The position numbers were made by a program, and so were the translations under genes. DNA of 63,549 nt, counting the filler, from Octopus bimaculoides (taxonomy: Eukaryota), in the NCBI RefSeq assembly GCF_001194135.2. It is 6 parts of 6 records of this genome, joined end to end, with 100 filler letters (N's around TTAATTAATTAA, not from the genome) between each part and the next. Parts side by side here need not be neighbours in the genome. Positions count along the whole stretch, not along the records: positions 35,667 to 42,434 come from NC_068988.1; positions 42,535 to 56,058 come from NC_069005.1; 4 more parts are not named here. One strand, written 5' to 3'. Every line of letters begins with the position of its first letter. Position 1 is the first letter of the stretch. Shown in pieces: positions 38,767-51,705 of this stretch. The notes beneath the pieces were generated by a model. The model was not told where the DNA came from. It ran no database searches and was given only the letters and a program-made list of their open reading frames with translations.

Positions 38767-39554
38767 GAGGGTTAGTGAAGTTTTATATTGTAACCTTTTT
38801 GTTGGCCATTCCTTCACCTTATCCCACCATAGCTTCCATTATTGCACCAATGTGGAAACCTCTATGTGGTGCCTCAGGCTGCTAGAAATAGCAGCCAAAT
38901 CTCCCTCTCATTACACATTTGCCACACATTGGAAAAAAACGTTGGGTGGGTATGGTTAGAAGGCTTTGATCAGATCATAGGCCTGCTTGATGTAGGTGAC
39001 CTAGGGTTAAAAATGAACAACAATAGTAGGTTTGTTCATTCTCTATTACTGTGAGATTATGATGGAAAGTTTTATGTGTTCAGTCGACCTGCTAGAAACA
39101 ACAGCCCAATTTCCTTGAAATCGCATGCCACTCCATTATCCCTTCTACCACAACTCTTTATGAGACATCGCTCGTGTGATTAGTTGTTGGCTCACATTGA
39201 GCTCATCTGACCTTTGAGAGGTGTTTGTTTTTAGTCCTGCGCAGTGTCCACAATGCTCTCCTCATCTGTCAAGCCATGCAGGGATGGAGGAATTCAGTTT
39301 AGTTACTGACCATCCAACACTGCTACAATCACCACCACCACAACCAACACCATCACATTAACAATAACAAGTGTACCTTCTATGTTAATGAAAACCTGAT
39401 AAACAGCATCATTTTGTCAGCTTTTGTCCATCTTTTAGCTTTAGTTATTCTGATATTGTCTTCAGGTTTTTTTTTTCCCTTTACAGCCCTCCATATAGCT
39501 CGGGTGAACCTAAGAATCAGCAGCTGACAATTTGTCACCTATGATGTACCATGT

Positions 39555-39853
39555 TACTAGCCAAGGTACTTTTGATACTGGCGAGCGAGATCGTTGGCAG
39601 TGCCGCTGGACTGGCTCCTGTGCAGGTGGGACGTAAAATACACCATTTTGAGCATGGCTGTTGCCAGTACTGCCTGACTGGCCTTTGTGCCAGTGGCACA
39701 TAAAATCACTCACTACACTCTCGGGCATCCATCTGTAGAAACTCTGTCAAATCAGATTGGAGCCTAGTGTAGCCATCTGGTTTCACCAGTCCTCAGTCAA
39801 ATCGTCCAACCCATGCTAGCATGGAAAGCGGACATTAAACGATGATGATGATG
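39555..39853 (+). mobile_element. SINE family C with (GAT)n tail (RTE-type 3' end)
   Basis: GGCATCCATCTGTAGAAAC...CCAACCCATGCTAGCATGGAAAGCGGACATTAAACGATGATGATG. Further copies at 40559-40690, 40905-40945 and 37165-37200. Confidence 0.8.
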
Positions 39854-39989
39854 ATTAGACAGTGTTGTTTAGCCAAAAATCAGCCCTGCTCAGACAAGTC
39901 TTATGGTCATAGATATTTCAGCCACAGGCATCCTATCTTTTCTCAGACATGATGTATCTTTTACTTTAAGGCTTTCTCTTCCTATGCAG

Positions 39990-40190
39990 CACCGGCCCTC
40001 GATGACTTTTCCCCTCAGCTTTTGACCCTTGACTGTCTTTTTGCTTCTCTCGTGTTGAATCCCTGCATTTTCGTCTCCACTTCAGTATCCCACCTCCATC
40101 TTGTTTTAGAGCATCTTTTCTTCTGGCTCTTTAGTGGGTTCCAGATCAGGGCTTAACATATTCCCCAAAGGAAGGCCTTCCTCTCCCAGG
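39990..40190 (-). mobile_element. RTE-clade LINE 3' coding end, decayed
   Basis: Reverse translation ALIWNPLKSQKKR..KTRWRWDTEVETK resembles the RTE motif ALxWNPxGKRxRGRPxxTWRR. Confidence 0.55.
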
Positions 40191-41672
40191 TTTTGATGAT
40201 TCTAAATTGTGGTCAATGGTTCTGTAACTTTGCTTTTCTTTAGTTAGAGGTGTTGACCATGTGCAAACCTGTTTTGACTTCTGGTAAGGGGTGGCCATAT
40301 TTATCTAACTTCTCTCCTTTGGCCTGCCCAGCATAGGTGGCTCCACTGGGAGCTTCTGACCCACTACATAACTCTCAGAGTCATGAAGACATACAAGCCT
40401 CCACACTCCAACAGTCCCTGGACCTTGTGGTGTATGATGTATCTAAGACTACATTGTTCAATGTACACTTCTGTTTCATTAAGACAGTATGGAATGATTT
40501 GAGGGAGATTTTCTCCTGTTTTTGTAAGATTGACACAGATCTCTCATAATTTTTTTATTGAAGGGCATCCAGTTTTAGAAACTCTGCTAAATCTGATTGG
40601 AGCCTGGTGTGGCCACCTGGTTCACCAGTCCTCAGTCAAATCGTCTAACCCATGCTAGCATGGAAAGTGGACATTAAACAATGATGATGTCAACCCAAAA
40701 TTAAGGAGATATCTCATCAAGGGCATTCATGCTGTGCATCAATTGTGCCCTTCCTCTTTTAAGATGATTTGGGTACTAATTTGAGCAGGTTGAAGAACTG
40801 AGCAGATTATCTTAATAAGTATATCCTCAGAAAATCTCTGACCGAATAAATCAAGAAGGTAATGACCCCAATAGCCAGTCTAGTCAGTCAGATCTTATTA
40901 ACTCCTCCAACCCATGCTGGCATGGAAGATGGACGTTAAGAGATGATACGTGTTGTCTCTTTTATTGTGTCCTTAAAATGGCATCTTATATTATTTGTTT
41001 TATGGTATTCAAATATTTTACAATATATTCTTCATAAGGTGTATGCCAATACTTGTCAAATATGATAAATGGGTATATTGGAAGAAAAAGTTTGAGAACC
41101 ATGCATTGGCCAATGTAATCTTGGATATATATAAACATAGCAAAATGATCATAGTTGAAATGCATTTGATCATAAAGATGCTCAATGAATACAAACTCGG
41201 GGTTAAATATTATGCACATGTAGCCAAGAATAGCAGATATCTAGCCATTTGTATCTGGACTTCTGATATGAATATACAAAGGGTTTCAGTAGTAAGAAGG
41301 GGGCGAATGAAATGGGTAGTGGGTAGAGATAGAAAGCTTTAGACCATAATTGTGTTTTTATTTAATTAATTATTTCACTAATTAAATTTATACTCCTTAA
41401 TCTGTAGTATAGCTGCTGATTCTTAGTGTCATATAAATAAAATGTAGAAGCGGCAAGAGACAGATGGATGGATGGATGGGGGCAGGCAGGCATTAGGTAG
41501 GGCCATCCTAATGCATAATCTCTGCATGATAAAACAGAACTTAAATAGCCAAACATATGGAATCCATCATTTCTTTGGCTCAATATCAGGAACTGGCACT
41601 ATTCCCTTGGCAGTTGTTCCTGTTATAATCATTAAGATGACATTGTTTTTATACATACGTTTATTATTATTT

Positions 41673-41708
<36 letters not shown>

Positions 41709-41853
41709 CTGGGTTTTGTTTTTCTTTTTGTTTTGTGGTTGTTATTTTATTTATTTTATTTATTTATAAGCCATGGATTGCACAGGTCTGCAATAATTCA
41801 TCAGTTTCATGTTGCATATTGACGTGAGTCTCCATCAGTGTTTGTGCATTTGT

Positions 41854-41898
<45 letters not shown>

Positions 41899-42085
41899 TA
41901 TACTTATATACATATACATTATGTATGCATGTATTTGAGTATATGTATAGCTATCTATTCTTTTCTTATATTTTATTCTTTTACTTGTTTCAGTCATTTG
42001 ACTGTGGCCATGCTAGAGCACCATCTGATTGAGTAAGCATGTATTTGTGTGTTTGTGTTTGTGTGTATATATATATATATATATA

Positions 42086-42434
42086 GAATGGTTAGTGAGA
42101 GCTGTGCGAAGAATGGTTAGTGAGAGCTGTGCGAGCCATGTACAGAGAATGGTTAGTGAGAGCTGTGCGAGCCATGTACAGAGATGCTGCCAGTAAGGTG
42201 AGGGTTGGAAATGAGTACAGCAATGAATTCCGGGTAGAGGTAGGGGTCCACCAAGGTTCCGTCCTCAGCCCCCTCTTATTTACCATAGTCCTCCAGGCAA
42301 TCACAGAGGAGTTCAAGACAGGTTGCCCCTGGGAGCTCCTCTATGCTGATGACCTTGCCCTAATTGCGGAGTCACTATCAGAACTAGAGAAGTTTCAGGT
42401 GTGGAAGCAAGGTCTTGAATTGAAGGGCCTTAGA
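42086..42434 (+). mobile_element. RTE-clade LINE reverse-transcriptase fragment with tandem duplications at its 5' truncation point
   Basis: EWLVRAVRAMYRDAASKVRVG..GVHQGSVLSPLLF..PWELLYADDLALIAES. GAATGGTTAGTGAGAGCTGTGCGA occurs three times (42086, 42111, 42147). Confidence 0.92.
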
Positions 42435-42639
42435 NNNNNNNNNNNNNNNNNNNNNNNNNNNNNNNNNNNNNNNNNNNNTTAATTAATTAANNNNNNNNNN
42501 NNNNNNNNNNNNNNNNNNNNNNNNNNNNNNNNNNTGAGTGTTTATTGAGCGAAAACACCTAAAGCTCCACGAGGCTCCGGCAAGGGATGGGGGCAAACCC
42601 TGCTGTATTCTTTCACCACAACTTTCTCTCACTCTTTCT

Positions 42640-42775
42640 TCTTGTTTCTGTTGTACCTGTATTTCAAAGGGAACAGCCTTGTCACACTCTGTGTCACGCT
42701 GAATCTCCCCGAGAACTCCCCGAACGTGTCTGTGGAGTTTTCACCCACTTACACCAACGGAGTGCCACAACAACG
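42640..42775 (-). mobile_element. Interspersed repeat family E (same family as 49484-49680)
   Basis: ATTTCAAAGGGAACAGCCTTGTCACAC...GTGTCTGTGGA is the reverse complement of the 49.6-kb copy. Confidence 0.7.
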
Positions 42776-42789
42776 ATATCTTACAAAAT

Positions 42790-42927
42790 AATTTCAAATT
42801 TTGGTACAAGGCCAGCAATATCAGGGGAGGAGGTAAGTTGATTACATCGACCTCCAATACTCAACTGGTACTTAATTTATCGACCTCGAAAGGATGAAAG
42901 GCAAACCTGACCTCGGCGGAATTTGAA
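42790..42927 (-). mobile_element. SINE family A, 3' part
   Basis: GGTACTTAATTTATCGACCTCGAAAGGATGAAAGGCAAA. Confidence 0.85.
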
Positions 42928-43115
42928 AAGATCTCATTGTGAAACAATCATATTGAGAAGACTTGTCTTCTGATCGATGCTGCAACACCGGACGACAAAA
43001 GCACATCTCTGAAAAATGTATGAGAAACTGAGCAAATATAAGGAGATGGAGATTGAAATCGGAAGAAGGGGACAGCTCAAATCAATAAAAATTATATATC
43101 ATTATTATTGGGGCA
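42928..43115 (+). mobile_element. R4/Dong restriction-like endonuclease fragment
   Basis: DLIV..EKTCLLIDAATPDD (frameshift) EKLSKYKEMEIEI..IIIGAL matches the R4/Dong RLE motif PD..LID..EKxxKY..IGALG. Confidence 0.75.
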
Positions 43116-43118
43116 CTT

Positions 43119-43450
43119 AAGGCGGTGAGCTGGCAGGATCGTTAGCACGCCGGTCGAAATGCTTAGCGGCATTTCGTCCGTCTTTATACTCTGAGTTCAA
43201 ATTCCGCCGGGGTCGACTTTGCCTTTCATCCTTTCAGGGTCGATAAAATAAGTACCAGTCAAGCACTGGGGTCGATCTGATCGACTAGTCCCCTTCCCAA
43301 AATTCCAGGCCTTGTGTTGTCCGTTCTTACGTTCTGAGTTCAAATTCCGCCGAGGTCGACTTTGCCTTTCATCCTTTCTGTGTCGATGAAATAAATACCA
43401 GACTAGCTCTCTCCCCCAAAATTTCAAGTCTTATAGAAATAGTAGAAAGG
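43119..43450 (+). mobile_element. Dimeric SINE family A followed by an (ATT)n tail
   Basis: Full head at 43119, second truncated monomer from about 43320, then (ATT)n 43451-43505. Confidence 0.9.
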
Positions 43451-43507
<57 letters not shown>

Positions 43508-43833
43508 GTTGTTGTTGTTGCTGTTGTTATTATTTTCATTATTATTCGCTACTTATATTGCAAAGGTGGAATGTAAGTAGTAAGACAAATAATTGCAATG
43601 TGAATTCGCGCGATGGAAGCATATTTGATATTTTATACTCAAAATGCAGGTGAAATGCATTAAGAGAAATTGCTCGTCAGAGTTGAAGCCTGTGAAATAG
43701 CAGAGAGAGAGAGAGAGAGAGAGGGAGGGGGAGAGAGATTTAGAATAAAACCTATGGAGAGAATATATAAGGAGAGGAAGAAAGGAAGAGAGAATAGGGG
43801 TGAGAGAAAAGGAGGGCGAGGAAGATTACGTGC

Positions 43834-43879
<46 letters not shown>

Positions 43880-44494
43880 NNNNNNNNNNNNNNNNNNNNN
43901 NNNNNNNNNNNNNNNNNNNNNNNNNNNNNNNNNNNNNNNNNNNNNNNNNNNNNNNNNNNNNNNNNNNNNNNNNNNNNNNTGTGTGTATGTGTGTGTCTGT
44001 TTGTATATATGTGTGTTTGAAAAGCAGAGTGAGCAGATATGAGTGACAGAATGAACGACGCTGCGATAGTGCTAAGCGAGGTAGTCTTGGATTTTATTTG
44101 AATTACCGTGGGGACGTGAAATTTCCAAGTTTATTCGTTTAATCAAAGTATTGAACGTAACAACTCCGCGAAACTGTGTCTCCCCGTTGGGACGCTGACT
44201 TCCAATGAAATCCCAACAACTTTATACATAATGAAAGACTATCAACTGACAATTGCATTGAAACAAAACGCAGTGTGCTGCATATTTCACGCACACACCC
44301 CTTCATCAATTTTGCTCCTCACTGCTGATTTTCTTCTTGTTGTTGTTGCTGTTTGTTGCTGTTGTTGTCATCGTCATTGTTGTTGTAGTTACGTTTTGTT
44401 TATCTTACGTTTGTTGTTTTTGCTCCTCTTTTGAAATTTTAGTTGTCTTTTTTTGCTGTTTTCAAGTCGTATATGTATTATTTGCTGATATTAA

Positions 44495-44547
<53 letters not shown>

Positions 44548-45329
44548 GTAGTAGTAGTAGTAGTAGTAGCAGTAGTAGTAGTAGTGCTGGTAGTAGTACC
44601 AGTAGCGGTAGGAGTAGTAGTGATAGCAATAACAGTATTGGTTGAAGTAGTAGTAGTGGTGATGGTGGTGGTAGTGAACATGATGGTTGCAATATTAATG
44701 GCGGTGGTTGTAAATGTTGTAGTCGTAGCAACAGTGTGGGTTGTAGTGGTGTTGGTGGTGCCAGTAGTAGTGGTAACATAGATGATGGTGGTGGTGGTGG
44801 TGGTGGTGGTGGTGGTTGCGGTGGTGGTGNNNNNNNNNNNNNNNNNNNNNNNNNNNNNNNNNNNNNNNNNNNNNNNNNNNNNNNNNNNNNNNNNNNNNNN
44901 NNNNNNNNNNNNNNNNNNNNNNNNNNNNNNNNNNNNNNNNNNNNNNNNNNNNNNNNNNNNNNNNNNNNNNNNNNNNNNNNNNNNNNNNNNNNNNNNNNNN
45001 NNNNNNNNNNNNNNNNNNNNNNNNNNNNNNNNNNNNNNNNNNNNNNNNNNNNNNNNCTAGTTTTCCTGCTACCGATATCATTGTGTTGTCCATTGTTTCT
45101 GCAGTTCTTTCATCTCTTGTAAGAATAAAAAAACAGCTAATGATGTCAAAATGGAGGAATTAAGTAACAAGGAGACATCAACACGCATGCGCGTCGTTGA
45201 ATCTCGGAAAGGTCCTCTTCAGTCATCGAGGAAGAGAATAATTTCGTTTCTATATTTATGTTGCATGTTTCAATTTACTTTGTGCAAACTTAATATCAGA
45301 CATACGCATGCGCAAACATATTTCCATAT

Positions 45330-45381
<52 letters not shown>

Positions 45382-45434
45382 CTTATACTATTATAATATT
45401 CATTTGTGCACTATGTATGTATGTATATATATTA

Positions 45435-45560
45435 TACAGTAATCAGTCACCATACGCGGTTCACTTATCGCGCCCTCAGTACATGGCGTATTTTTCTGGC
45501 TAATATATGTAAATTCATATCGCGGACTCCTCAGTATATCGCGGATTTCTGCGGCCGATA
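45435..45560 (+). mobile_element. pogo/Tigger-like terminal fragment
   Basis: TA-CAGTAATC...TACGCGGTTCACTTATCGCG resembles Tigger-type TIRs; the partner end was not found. Confidence 0.45.
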
Positions 45561-45646
45561 GATATTTATATGTTTTTAGATTTTAATTATTTCTGTGGTA
45601 AAATAAGCATTTTCACGCATTTTCATCAAGTGAGCACACAACTTAC

Positions 45647-45654
45647 AAATCCAT
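45647..45654 (-). CDS. Candidate micro first coding exon (Met-Asp-Phe/Leu, phase 2) of an unidentified minus-strand gene
   Basis: Minus strand reads GTTACC-ATG-GAT-TT|GTAAGT (good Kozak context plus a consensus donor). No downstream exon identified. Confidence 0.25.
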
Positions 45655-45888
45655 GGTAACTTTTCGTTGTTGTTGTGTCATTCAGAAAGTCCAGCGGGCC
45701 GCATGGCGTCCGTGACCGATGCAGAGATTCCCTTCTTCGAAGAGTTTCTCTGTTGTTGTTGTTGTTGTTGTTGTTGTTGTGTATGTGTGTGTTAATGAAG
45801 AAAGTAATTAGTAATGTTGCTGATTTTGTTACTGCTGCTGCTGATGTTGAGAATGGTATTTTCTACTGTCGTTCTTGGTGTTTTGTCG

Positions 45889-45929
<41 letters not shown>

Positions 45930-46010
45930 GTTGCTGTTGCTACTACTACTACTACTACTACTACTACTNNNNNNNNNNTACTACTACTACTACTACTACT
46001 GTTGCTGTTG

Positions 46011-46054
<44 letters not shown>

Positions 46055-46299
46055 GTTACTGCTACTGCCACTGCTACTGCTGCTGCTGTTGTTCCTCTTA
46101 CGCCGACTCCTCCCACTACCCCCCTACAAAACGACTGAGAAATTACCATCCCATAATGAGATAAGGGTTTTTTCTTTGGCTTTGTTGTTTTTTTCCCTTT
46201 CCTTTTGTTTCTTTTTTTCCCCTTTCTTTTATTTTTCCCGTTGTTGTTGTTGTTGTTGTTAATTGTCTTCTGTGCGTTGGAGACGCCGCTGGGGCCCGA

Positions 46300-46387
46300 A
46301 AAACTCTTTTCCGCTAAAGATAGACATCTTTGCGGTTTCTCTCTGGAGTCCCTCATACAAAGATGGCGGCCTGCGGCGGAAGTGAGT
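46300..46387 (+). promoter_or_regulatory. Candidate core promoter / first exon: TCT-like motif, YY1 site, ETS site, splice donor
   Basis: CTCTTTTCC 46304-46312, AAGATGGCGGC 46360-46370, CGGAAGTG 46377-46384, donor GTGAGT 46382-46387, within a CpG-rich patch. Confidence 0.45.
46363..46381 (+). CDS. Candidate micro first coding exon MAACGG (phase 1) of an unidentified plus-strand gene
   Basis: AAG-ATG-GCG-GCC-TGC-GGC-GGA-A|GTGAGT. An N gap follows at 46398. Confidence 0.35.
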
Positions 46388-47116
46388 TTGTGGTTGTNNN
46401 NNNNNNNNNNNNNNNNNNNNNNNNNNNNNNNNNNNNNNNNNNNNNNNNNNNNNNNNNNNNNNNNNNNNNNNNNNNNNNNNNNNNNNNNNNNNNNNNNNNN
46501 NNNNNNNNNNNNNNNNNNNNNNNNNNNNNNNNNNNNNNNNNNNNNNNNNNNNNNNNNNNNNNNNNNNNNNNNNNNNNNNNNNNNNNNNNNNNNNNNNNNN
46601 NNNNNNNNNNNNNNNNNNNNNNNNNNNNNNNNNNNNNNNNNNNNNNNNNNNNNNNNNNNNNNNNNNNNNNNNNNNNNNNNNNNNNNNNNNNNNNNNNNNN
46701 NNNNNNNNNNNNNNNNNNNNNNNNNNNNNNNNNNNNNNNNNNNNNNNNNNNNNNNNNNNNNNNNNNNNNNNNNNNNNNNNNNNNNNNNNNNNNNNNNNNN
46801 NNNNNNNNNNNNNNNNNNNNNNNNNNNNNNNNNNNNNNNNNNNNNNNNNNNNNNNNNNNNNNNNNNNNNNNNNNNNNNNNNNNNNNNNNNNNNNNNNNNN
46901 NNNNNNNNNNNNNNNNNNNNNNNNNNNNNNNNNNNNNNNNNNNNNNNNNNNNNNNNNNNNNNNNNNNNNNNNNNNNNNNNNNNNNNNNNNNNNNNNNNNN
47001 GGTGGTAGTTAGCTGAACATGGTCATCGTAGTGGTAGCGTGAGTGATAGTGTTTGTGGCACTCACAGTGGTATGAGTGGTGGCGTTAGCAGCGGACGTGT
47101 GAGTCGCGGATGATGT

Positions 47117-47174
<58 letters not shown>

Positions 47175-47885
47175 AGTTATAACCGTAGACGGTGGTTGTG
47201 GGGATTATCCTCCTTGATAAGAGCGTTGGTGGATTCAGTGGCTGTCATCCTCTGCGTGTTTATGGCAATGCTTAAGCGATCTTCTGTCTCTCATAATAGC
47301 GACGGAAGCTGTGGATGCTGTACAATTTAGTGGTGGTAGTAGTGGTGGTGGTAGTAGTAGTAGTTGCAGTAGTAGTAGTAGTAGTGGTGGTGGTAGTGGT
47401 GGAAGTAGTAGTATTTTTGGTGATATTAGTAGCAGTGGCAACTATACTGATAACTGTTGCGGTAGTAGCACCAATAATAGTAGTAGCAGCAGTAGTAGCA
47501 GCAGTAGTTGTTGTAGTAGTAGTAATGGCTGTGGTAGCAGGTGTAATAGTAGATGTTTTTGGTTGCTACTGTGATAGCGTTTGGGTGTTAGGGATGTGGT
47601 GGTGGGTGGTGGGTGTTGTAGTTAATTACATGGGGGAGAAGGGACGGAGGGGTGGTGGTTGATGTCTTATTCGGGAAAACAACAACAACAATCATAATAA
47701 TTATAGTAATATTGATAATAATGATGATGATGATCATGATGGCAGTGATGGAGATGGTGATGATGATGGTGGTGGTGGCGGCGGTGGTGATGATGATGAC
47801 GATGATGACGACGATAATGATAATGATGATCGTGGTGGTGGTGGTGATGATGATGATGACGATGATGATGATGATGATGTTATTG

Positions 47886-47923
<38 letters not shown>

Positions 47924-49001
47924 AAAGTGCATGATGGCGGCAGTGGTTGTTGTTGTTGTTGTGGTGTTGTTGATGTGGTGGTGGTGCCGAGGTAAAGAAG
48001 GGAAGGGAAGGGGGGTAAACTCGTCTTCTTTTAAGTGGCTAATTACCACCGTGGGGCTCCGACAGAATTAGTCAGTAGAGTCAGATATTAGAATTCGGTA
48101 ACAGGATGGGGTTTCCATTTTATGTGCACCTAACAATGTATAATTATACGAGAGACTGTATACATAATACATACATACATACATACTTACATACATACAT
48201 ATGTATGCGTATATATACATATATATATTCATATGTAATTATAATATATGTTTGTATATGCACACGCACGTCCATACGTATATCTATCTATATGTATATG
48301 TATATGTATATTATATGTGTGTACATGTATGTACGTATGCACGAACATATATTTATACGTATGTGTTTGTGTGTAGGAATCGGGTATAGAAATCTGTGTG
48401 CGCATTTAAATATATACATATATGCCACTACATATCTTTATAGATACATACATACACGCACGCACATATACGCATATATATATNNNNNNNNNNNNNNNNN
48501 NNNNNNNNNNNNNNNNNNNNNNNNNNNNNNNNNNNNNNNNNNNNNNNNNNNNNNNNNNNNNNNNNNNNNNNNNNNNNNNNNNNNNNNNNNNNNNNNNNNN
48601 NNNNNNNNNNNNNNNNNNNNNNNNNNNNNNNNNNNNNNNNNNNNNNNNNNNNNNNNNNNNNNNNNNNNNNNNNNNNNNNNNNNNNNNNNNNNNNNNNNNN
48701 NNNNNNNNNNNNNNNNNNNNNNNNNNNNNNNNNNNNNNNNNNNNNNNNNNNNNNNNNNNNNNNNNNNNNNNNNNNNNNNNNNNNNNNNNNNNNNNNNNNN
48801 NNNNNNNNNNNNNNNNNNNNNNNNNNNNNNNNNNNNNNNNNNNNNNNNNNNNNNNNNNNNNNNNNNNNNNNNNNNNNNNNNNNNNNNNNNNNNNNNNNNN
48901 NNNNNNNNNNNNNNNNNNNNNNNNNNNNNNNNNNNNNNNNNNNNNNNNNNNNNNNNNNNNNNTCAGTCAAAATGACCGCAGCCAGTATACATGGTATAAA
49001 A

Positions 49002-49038
<37 letters not shown>

Positions 49039-49152
49039 CGTAATGCGTCTAATGTTTGTTTTTATATGAAGTTATATGTAAAAACAATTTAATAAATAAA
49101 TTGATGGCTCGCCCCCCGCCCCTGTCTATGTCTGTGTCTTTGAGTGTGTGTT

Positions 49153-49187
<35 letters not shown>

Positions 49188-49483
49188 TTGTGTTGTAATT
49201 TATTATTTGCCATCTGTTCATAACGGACAGATGGTAAATGGTTAATTATTCCACATTAGCAGACTCCTCAACAGACCAAAAATCCAATGATTACAATTGG
49301 TAGCGAAACTCTTCACATGAGTGAAAGCAAATGTCGTGCATCACCGAGCCAAGAACAGGGAGGGACTTTTGATCGGTCATCCGTGTATATCGGTGGATAT
49401 TGCACCATGTAGAATGCTCGGGTATTTATCGATCACGGGACGTCGATAGTAATCGAGAAATCCGATCCCGAGTAAAATATACT

Positions 49484-49680
49484 GGTACTCCGTCGGTTAC
49501 GACGACGAGGGTTCCAGTCGATCCGATCAACGGAACAGCCTGCTCGTGAAAAAATTAGCGTGGAAGTGGCTGGGCATTCCACAGACACGTGTACCCTTAA
49601 TGTAGTTCTCAGGTAGACACGGAATGTAACAAGGCTGGTCCCTTTGAAATACGAGTACTACACATTTTTTCCAGCTGAGG
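49484..49680 (+). mobile_element. Interspersed repeat family E with a structured 5' part
   Basis: GTCGGTTACGAC and GTTCC-AGTCGATCCGATCAAC-GGAAC hairpins; second copy at 42640-42775. Confidence 0.7.
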
Positions 49681-50962
49681 CCCCCAACTAAATCATTGCC
49701 CTGTTCCCTATAATATTTATTCATTGACTGCAAGATACAGCTTAGACAAATTAGTATTAGAACCCTAGACCCTCAAGACCCCTGGACTGCTGTCCAGTGT
49801 GGCCATCCCTTAAGACGGCAGTGAGTACAAGGCAGATGAACCTGGATAAATTATAAACAACATTATCTTAAACTGGAAATATATCTCCAGAGAAGTCCGA
49901 TGATAATCCTACCATTCCAATAGCTTACCAGACAGGGGGATATCAGTTTGGGGAAGATGTCCGAAGCTCGAATCATGGTTCATACAAAAGAACTAATGAA
50001 GAATTACACCAGACTCACAAATCTTCGAACCGTTTCCAAAAAAAAAAAAAAAAAAAGAAGCGTCATTTTTATCAGTTTATGTTAAAACATATTCTTTGAG
50101 GCTTTCTGTTTCTGTCTTCCAATGAACAGTTCTTTAATGAGAGATCGGAATATTATAATGTAAAACTTAGAAGAAGGGACATTATTCGAGGGAGTAAAAT
50201 ACAACCCTGATACAACCCATGCAGCATCTGTTCTGGATAGAGATACGTGAATTAGTTTCTTTTCCTTTAGGAATATAAAGGAGATAAATAGCGCTTATCN
50301 NNNNNNNNNNNNNNNNNNNNNNNNNNNNNNNNNNNNNNNNNNNNNNNNNNNNNNNNNNNNNNNNNNNNNNNNNNNNNNNNNNNNNNNNNNNNNNNNNNNN
50401 NNNNNNNNNNNNNNNNNNNNNNNNNNNNNNNNNNNNNNNNNNNNNNNNNNNNNNNNNNNNNNNNNNNNNNNNNNNNNNNNNNNNNNNNNNNNNNNNNNNN
50501 NNNNNNNNNNNNNNNNNNNNNNNNNNNNNNNNNNNNNNNNNNNNNNNNNNNNNNNNNNNNNNNNNNNNNNNNNNNNNNNNNNNNNNNNNNNNNNNNNNNN
50601 NNNNNNNNNNNNNNNNNNNNNNNNNNNNNNNNNNNNNNNNNNNNNNNNNNNNNNNNNNNNNNNNNNNNNNNNNNNNNNNNNNNNNNNNNNNNNNNNNNNN
50701 NNNNNNNNNNNNNNNNNNNNNNNNNNNNNNNNNNNNNNNNNNNNNNNNNNNNNNNNNNNNNNNNNNNNNNNNNNNNNNNNNNNNNNNNNNNNNNNNNNNN
50801 NNNNNNNNNNNNNNNNNNNNNNNNNNNNNNNNNNNNNNNNNNNNNNNNNNNNNNNNNNNNNNNNNNNNNNNNNNNNNNNNNNNNNNNNNNNNNNNNNNNN
50901 NNNNNNNNNNNNNNNNNNNNNNNNNNNNNNNNNNNNNNNNNNNNNNNNNNNNNNNNNNNNNN

Positions 50963-51017
<55 letters not shown>

Positions 51018-51632
51018 AACAGACAAACAGACACATAGATAGATAGATAGATGCAATAGAATCTCCATTTCCAGAGGCTTCAAAAACATGAAATATTAAA
51101 CTGGAGGCAATGAACCAATGAGGTTGTTGTTGAGTCTTCATCTCTGCCAATATCCTTTTCGTAAATTTCGAATTCCTTCTGCATGGATCGTTTCGAAATC
51201 AAAAAGTTCCACACCACAAACATCTGACATTATCATCGGCACATTTCCGCTGCTTCTCAGCATATTAGAAAGACATCAATTCGAAAGAGAAACGCAGCCA
51301 TTTGTGTAAAATTATCAACAGAAACCACACGTACTGTTGTTGTTGTTGTTGTTGCTGCTGCTGCTGCTGCTGATGATGATGATGATTTTGTTGTTGTTGG
51401 TGCATCCGTTGCTGCTTATACTACTACTAGTACGTCTTCAAAAGCGGTGGTTGTCATGATGATAATGATGATGATGATGATGAAGGGGAGCAGGAAGAGG
51501 GGGAGGAGGAGGAGCACGACGAGGACGACAATGATGACGATGAAGGTTTATGATCGTGGTGGTGGTGGTTGGACGGTTGATGATGACGGTGAGGAAGGAG
51601 GACGATATGAAGAAGAGCAACAACCACAATGA

Positions 51633-51705
51633 GAAGAAGAAGAAGAAGAAGAAGAAGAAGAAGAAGAAGAAGAAGAAGAAGAAGAAGAAGAAGAAGAAGA
51701 AGAAG
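51633..51705. repeat. (GAA)n microsatellite
   Basis: About 24 perfect units. Confidence 0.98.

Noticed and set aside
44337-48071. Poly-Val/Leu/Ser/Thr/Met ORFs, and YI/HT/CV/LS-repeat ORFs throughout the window
   Set aside because: Translations of di-, tri- and tetranucleotide microsatellites.
49530-49580. HDV-like ribozyme suggested by AGCC-TGCTCGT
   Set aside because: No P3 3' strand directly after L3, and no convincing P1 or P2.
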